Assembly (NCBI GenBank): GCA_002633005.1
Contig: NMRA01000087.1
Coordinates: 312,291 to 376,290 of the forward strand
Reading direction: 5' to 3'
From: Phoronis australis
Lineage: Eukaryota; Animalia; Phoronida
DNA: 64,000 nt
Numbering within the stretch: the stretch's first letter is position 1; each line of letters begins with the position of its first letter. The position numbers and the translations under genes are program-made. The notes under the pieces are model-generated. The model did not search any database. It saw nothing but the letters and a program-made list of their open reading frames with translations, and was not told the DNA's origin. Positions 60,280-64,000 of this stretch are shown piece by piece.

Positions 60280-61962
60280 AAATTTAATAGTTTCTTTCAA
60301 CACAAACGATGATAATTAGATCAGCACCGTATTACGTCATGATTCAAAAGAAAAGGTACAAAGCTTTAACAATCTTTAAACACAAATGTGATCACAACTT
60401 TAGATTTACAGAACCATTTTACAAATATACGCGTAATTCACAATCAAATGAGACTTTACTTAAGAAGATGTCTGAGGAACACAATGGCAACGCCACTGAA
60501 AGAAAACAAAACAAGACAGCTTCACATAAGCGATACCAAAATATTTACTCTTGTCAAGTAAATTCTCAATTACCATAACATTCTACTTACAACTAAAATA
60601 TATCTGGAATCCCAGTTCCCAAAGATTAGAAAAAAGTATTGTCCAACAACTTCTCTTTGTTACTTTATACATGTATGCGTCAAATCTGTCCTCAATAGTT
60701 CATGTTTTTTGATTTTTAAATCGTAAAACAAAAATACGATTAATGCAACATAATTATGCTATGTACAACACAGACATGGCAAAATTAAAAGACGTGTTCC
60801 CCTAATAGTAAACTATTGAATTTATTTTCATGGCTATCAATAACATGCAAATGACGGACATGTCAGTTAGACATACACTTGTGTAACGCAAAGATACGGT
60901 AAACACCTGCGTACCAAACACTTACGGTAAATTACCCCTACGCCGTGTACGGTACATGTTTGCCAGGTTACACAAGCACACGAATAATACGTCATAGTAT
61001 TTGCTCAGTACACACGGAAACTTAGCAACTGAATTTATATCAATAAGGACTACAAAGTTCTATTGTAATAACTTAAAAAAGTGCGATTGAAAAATTCATG
61101 GTGTTGATGGAACATATAAAGAAAACTTTAAGGTATTTTTTCTCGTTCTCACGCCTTCAGAACAAAGACTGAAGTTCATTAACAGAAGGTGTAATTAAAC
61201 TGAGATTTTATATTTCATATAGAAGCGGAAACTTAAATCACCACAGCTGTCGCGAGGCATTCCGAGCAGAGATTTAGTAAGAAAGGATCCTTCAACCCTT
61301 TAGATCGACGGTTGGGAATAGGGATTATGCAAGTGCTTTGAAAAACATTCTACTTTGCCACTACAAACGGTAGATCTGTACAGGTTTCACTCATTTTTCA
61401 TGATGTAAACTTAAACAATAAGCGTTTCGCGTTACCTAATTGTTTTCAAGAAAACACCAAAATAACTGCCTCGTCTTCAGCAGCAAGTATGACGTCATTA
61501 TACATGTAACTAGGATCCTACTGACAAATTTCCTCTGTGTGATATTCATTTTAGCCTACAGTTTTCAGTGGTGTCGCGTCTAAGCATAGTATCCTTAGAA
61601 TAAAAATTAAGACACAATTATTAAGAAGGAAACAAATTTTATTGAAATGAAGTTTCGAAAACCACCGCACGTCCAACATTGTTGAAGGCACGACACTGAA
61701 TCTTGGAGCATTATTTTGAAGAACTCGATACATTTAATGACGGCCGGGTACATTTGTCATTTTTAATTTGTCTAATTAACTTGCTTTATTAACTATATTT
61801 ATTCAGTTTTTCAACCACATGTCTGTCATAAATATTGAATATCTATATCTACTTGTATTCCTATTATCAGGACACAATGTCATCTAGGCTAAAATCTCTC
61901 TAAATTTTATCATTGATGATCTTGTCGTTCAAAAAAACATTGCTCATTTGGTTCGAGAACTG

Positions 61963-62112
61963 GCGTGCGTTCAGTTGATGCTAGGACCTACGCTAGGACC
62001 TAGCTAAAACTAGTCAAAGTCACGTGTTCTCATTTAAAATACACGGCAATATCTCACGTAATCTCGCGAAGTCTTGCTTTTTAGCGAGGTCCTAGCGTTA
62101 CTGAACGGGAGG
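61963..62112. mobile_element. Small Harbinger-type MITE just 3' of the Kv pseudogene stop
   Basis: cgttcagttgatgctaggacct / aggtcctagcgttactgaacg inverted ends; CTG direct repeats at 61960-62 and 62113-15. Confidence 0.65.
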
Positions 62113-62123
62113 CTGTTGTCTGA

Positions 62124-63916
62124 TTACCAACAGCTTAAGTTATCATTAGCTTCCTCGTAGAACGAGTAAAGCTTGTTGAAGTTGTTTCCAATAATTGCAA
62201 TTGGTAGAGCAATAAGTATCAGACCAATCAGCGCACACACACCCCCGACGAAGTAACCGTCGACCGCCATTGGATACTGGTCCCCATAGCCGACAGTAGT
62301 CAAGGTGACAATTGCCCACCACATTGCGTCAAACATATTGGGAAAGGTTTCGGGTTGGCTGAATTCTACCAGGTAAACCAGTGGTGCAAAGATCAGCGTT
62401 GCAATCACCATGGCAATTATCATGAAAATTAAAATTTTCCATTTTTCGAGTAGTGACAACAGAAGAACACGCGTTAAAGAGTAGTTACTGATGAACCCTA
62501 CTAACCGAACCATTCGCAGCACAGAAACAGAACTCAGGAACAGGAAAAGATGTTCCAGGACAGCGTAAGACAGTTGCATCACGAGGCACACGATATCAAT
62601 GATGTTGATTATTGATTTTAAGAACAAACACTCGTGAGGATGTATCAAGAAGCGCACAAGAAGTTCCGCCGTGAAGAAAACTAAGCAAACATGGCTTATT
62701 GCAGTGATGCTAGGGTGGATTTCAGATATGATGTACAGCGCCACCTTGGGATTGGGGTGTCGCAAACTGATGAGATGAATATGTTTCGTTGGTTGTATTG
62801 ACTCGGAGATCAGCTAAGGTGGATGCCATGACAACCGCAATATTTGCCAAGGTAAATGCAGTATAAATCAGTCCATAAACCTGAAAGACAAATTACAACT
62901 TTAATAACAAGGAATGAAAACATAAAAAGGCACACCATGATAACTACCGATAACGACTGCGCGGATAAATCAGTCAAAAAGACGCGCATGAATGAGCATT
63001 TGTAGTAAAATCTCGACTTTCCTGACGCATTTCAATGTTCAATCTATTGTTAATTTAATTTTCATACATTGATTAAGACCGAACACTTGATGATAAGTTT
63101 AATACATCCGTCGGATTAGATAAACCATAGTCATGATACTGAGCTGAATGAGGAATGGCCTAAAGGTTGAGTATAACCTTCACAAAAATGTTATTTTAAA
63201 AATCTGGGCTCTAGTGTGCACGTAGCAAAATATGCGAAGGTTTCAAATAACTGTTGTTTTCTAGTGAAGAACGCCATTGTTAGAAAGACTACTAACACAC
63301 AGTCATGCTGTCCAATGTAGACTTAGCAGACGTCACTTACTATACCAAGAAAGCCGCACTGAGCATTTTCCATGACCCTCCACATTTTGTAACTTATTCT
63401 TTAAATTCGAGATTTCTGCTAATCTGGGGAGCGAAATCGCTCTTAATTCCGAATTTGGACGCCATTTTTTCTTTCCGTTGTAACATTTTGTCCGCTTTGT
63501 ACACCTTGTCCAAACAACATTCAGACACTTTGGTCAAAGGAATCTCCCAATAGTCTAGCTCTCTCTTTATGACTTTTGAACACAGTTGTTCGTTAAAGTG
63601 TAATTCGCCGTTGCGATACAGCTCCAAGATACATTCGAATACAGAAGCGTTTCGATCAAAAGTAGTTCCCCATGGCAGTTACGGAGAGGATGTTGCTGCT
63701 TGCGAAGACGTGACAGTCGCGTGTCCGGAATTGATGAAATTGTCCTGGAGGTGGTGTGAATCTAAACTCTGTCCACATTTAAAGGAATTATTGTCGCAGA
63801 ACTGTGTCCACATTTAAAGGAATTATTGTCGCAGAACTGTGCAATTCCTCGCTGTGTCTTGTTGACGCTTCGTCTTAACTTTCAATATCCCACTTACCAA
63901 CCTTATTGGGGTTCAT
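62124..63916 (-). pseudogene. Kv3/Shaw-like channel pseudogene, tandem paralog of 57506..59619 (exons ~63341..63916 and 62124..62880)
   Basis: Same intron position (ATA|gtaagt at 63340; ctttcag|GTT at 62880), with T1 HX5CX20CC and TVGYGD retained. Lesions: in-frame stops at 63875-77 and 63762-64, a 35-bp tandem duplication at 63770-63839, and frameshifts near 63660, 63400 and 62780. Confidence 0.85.
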
Positions 63917-63980
63917 ACTTTTATTTCAACCTATTAAAATAAGGAAGCAGCGATTAAAGGAGAAATGGAAGTACAGCTTT

Positions 63981-64000
63981 GGGGGGGGGGGGGGGGGGGG
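63981..64000. repeat. Poly-G run at the window end
   Basis: 20 consecutive G. Confidence 0.9.

Noticed and set aside
63981-64000. Poly-G as a G-quadruplex regulatory element
   Set aside because: Truncated at the window edge and a common sequencing artefact.

Overview
AT-rich animal genomic DNA, probably a marine invertebrate and possibly a lophotrochozoan (an inference, not shown by the sequence). It contains intron-split genes that I reconstructed by hand from splice sites and phase continuity. (1) The 3' part of a Zasp/PDLIM(ALP)-family gene on + (poly-Q exon, ZM motif, ALP-like motif, stop with no LIM domain). (2) A complete 4-exon LRRC20 on -. (3) A complete ~14-exon BCAP/PIK3AP1-BANK1-Dof family adaptor on + (TIR-DBB-ankyrin-YxxM-coiled coil-Pro-rich, ~847 aa), head-to-head with LRRC20. 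(4) A 2-exon divergent Shaw/Kv3-like K+ channel on -, with only two S4 arginines and an altered S6 gate. (5) Its tandem paralog, pseudogenised by nonsense codons, frameshifts and a 35-bp duplication. Introns and UTRs carry several MITEs, minisatellites, a degenerate Penelope-type hammerhead motif and two 'n'-joined duplications that look like assembly artefacts. I found no rRNA, tRNA, CRISPR array or prokaryotic system. The best novelty candidates are the atypical Kv cluster and the TIR-bearing invertebrate BCAP locus.
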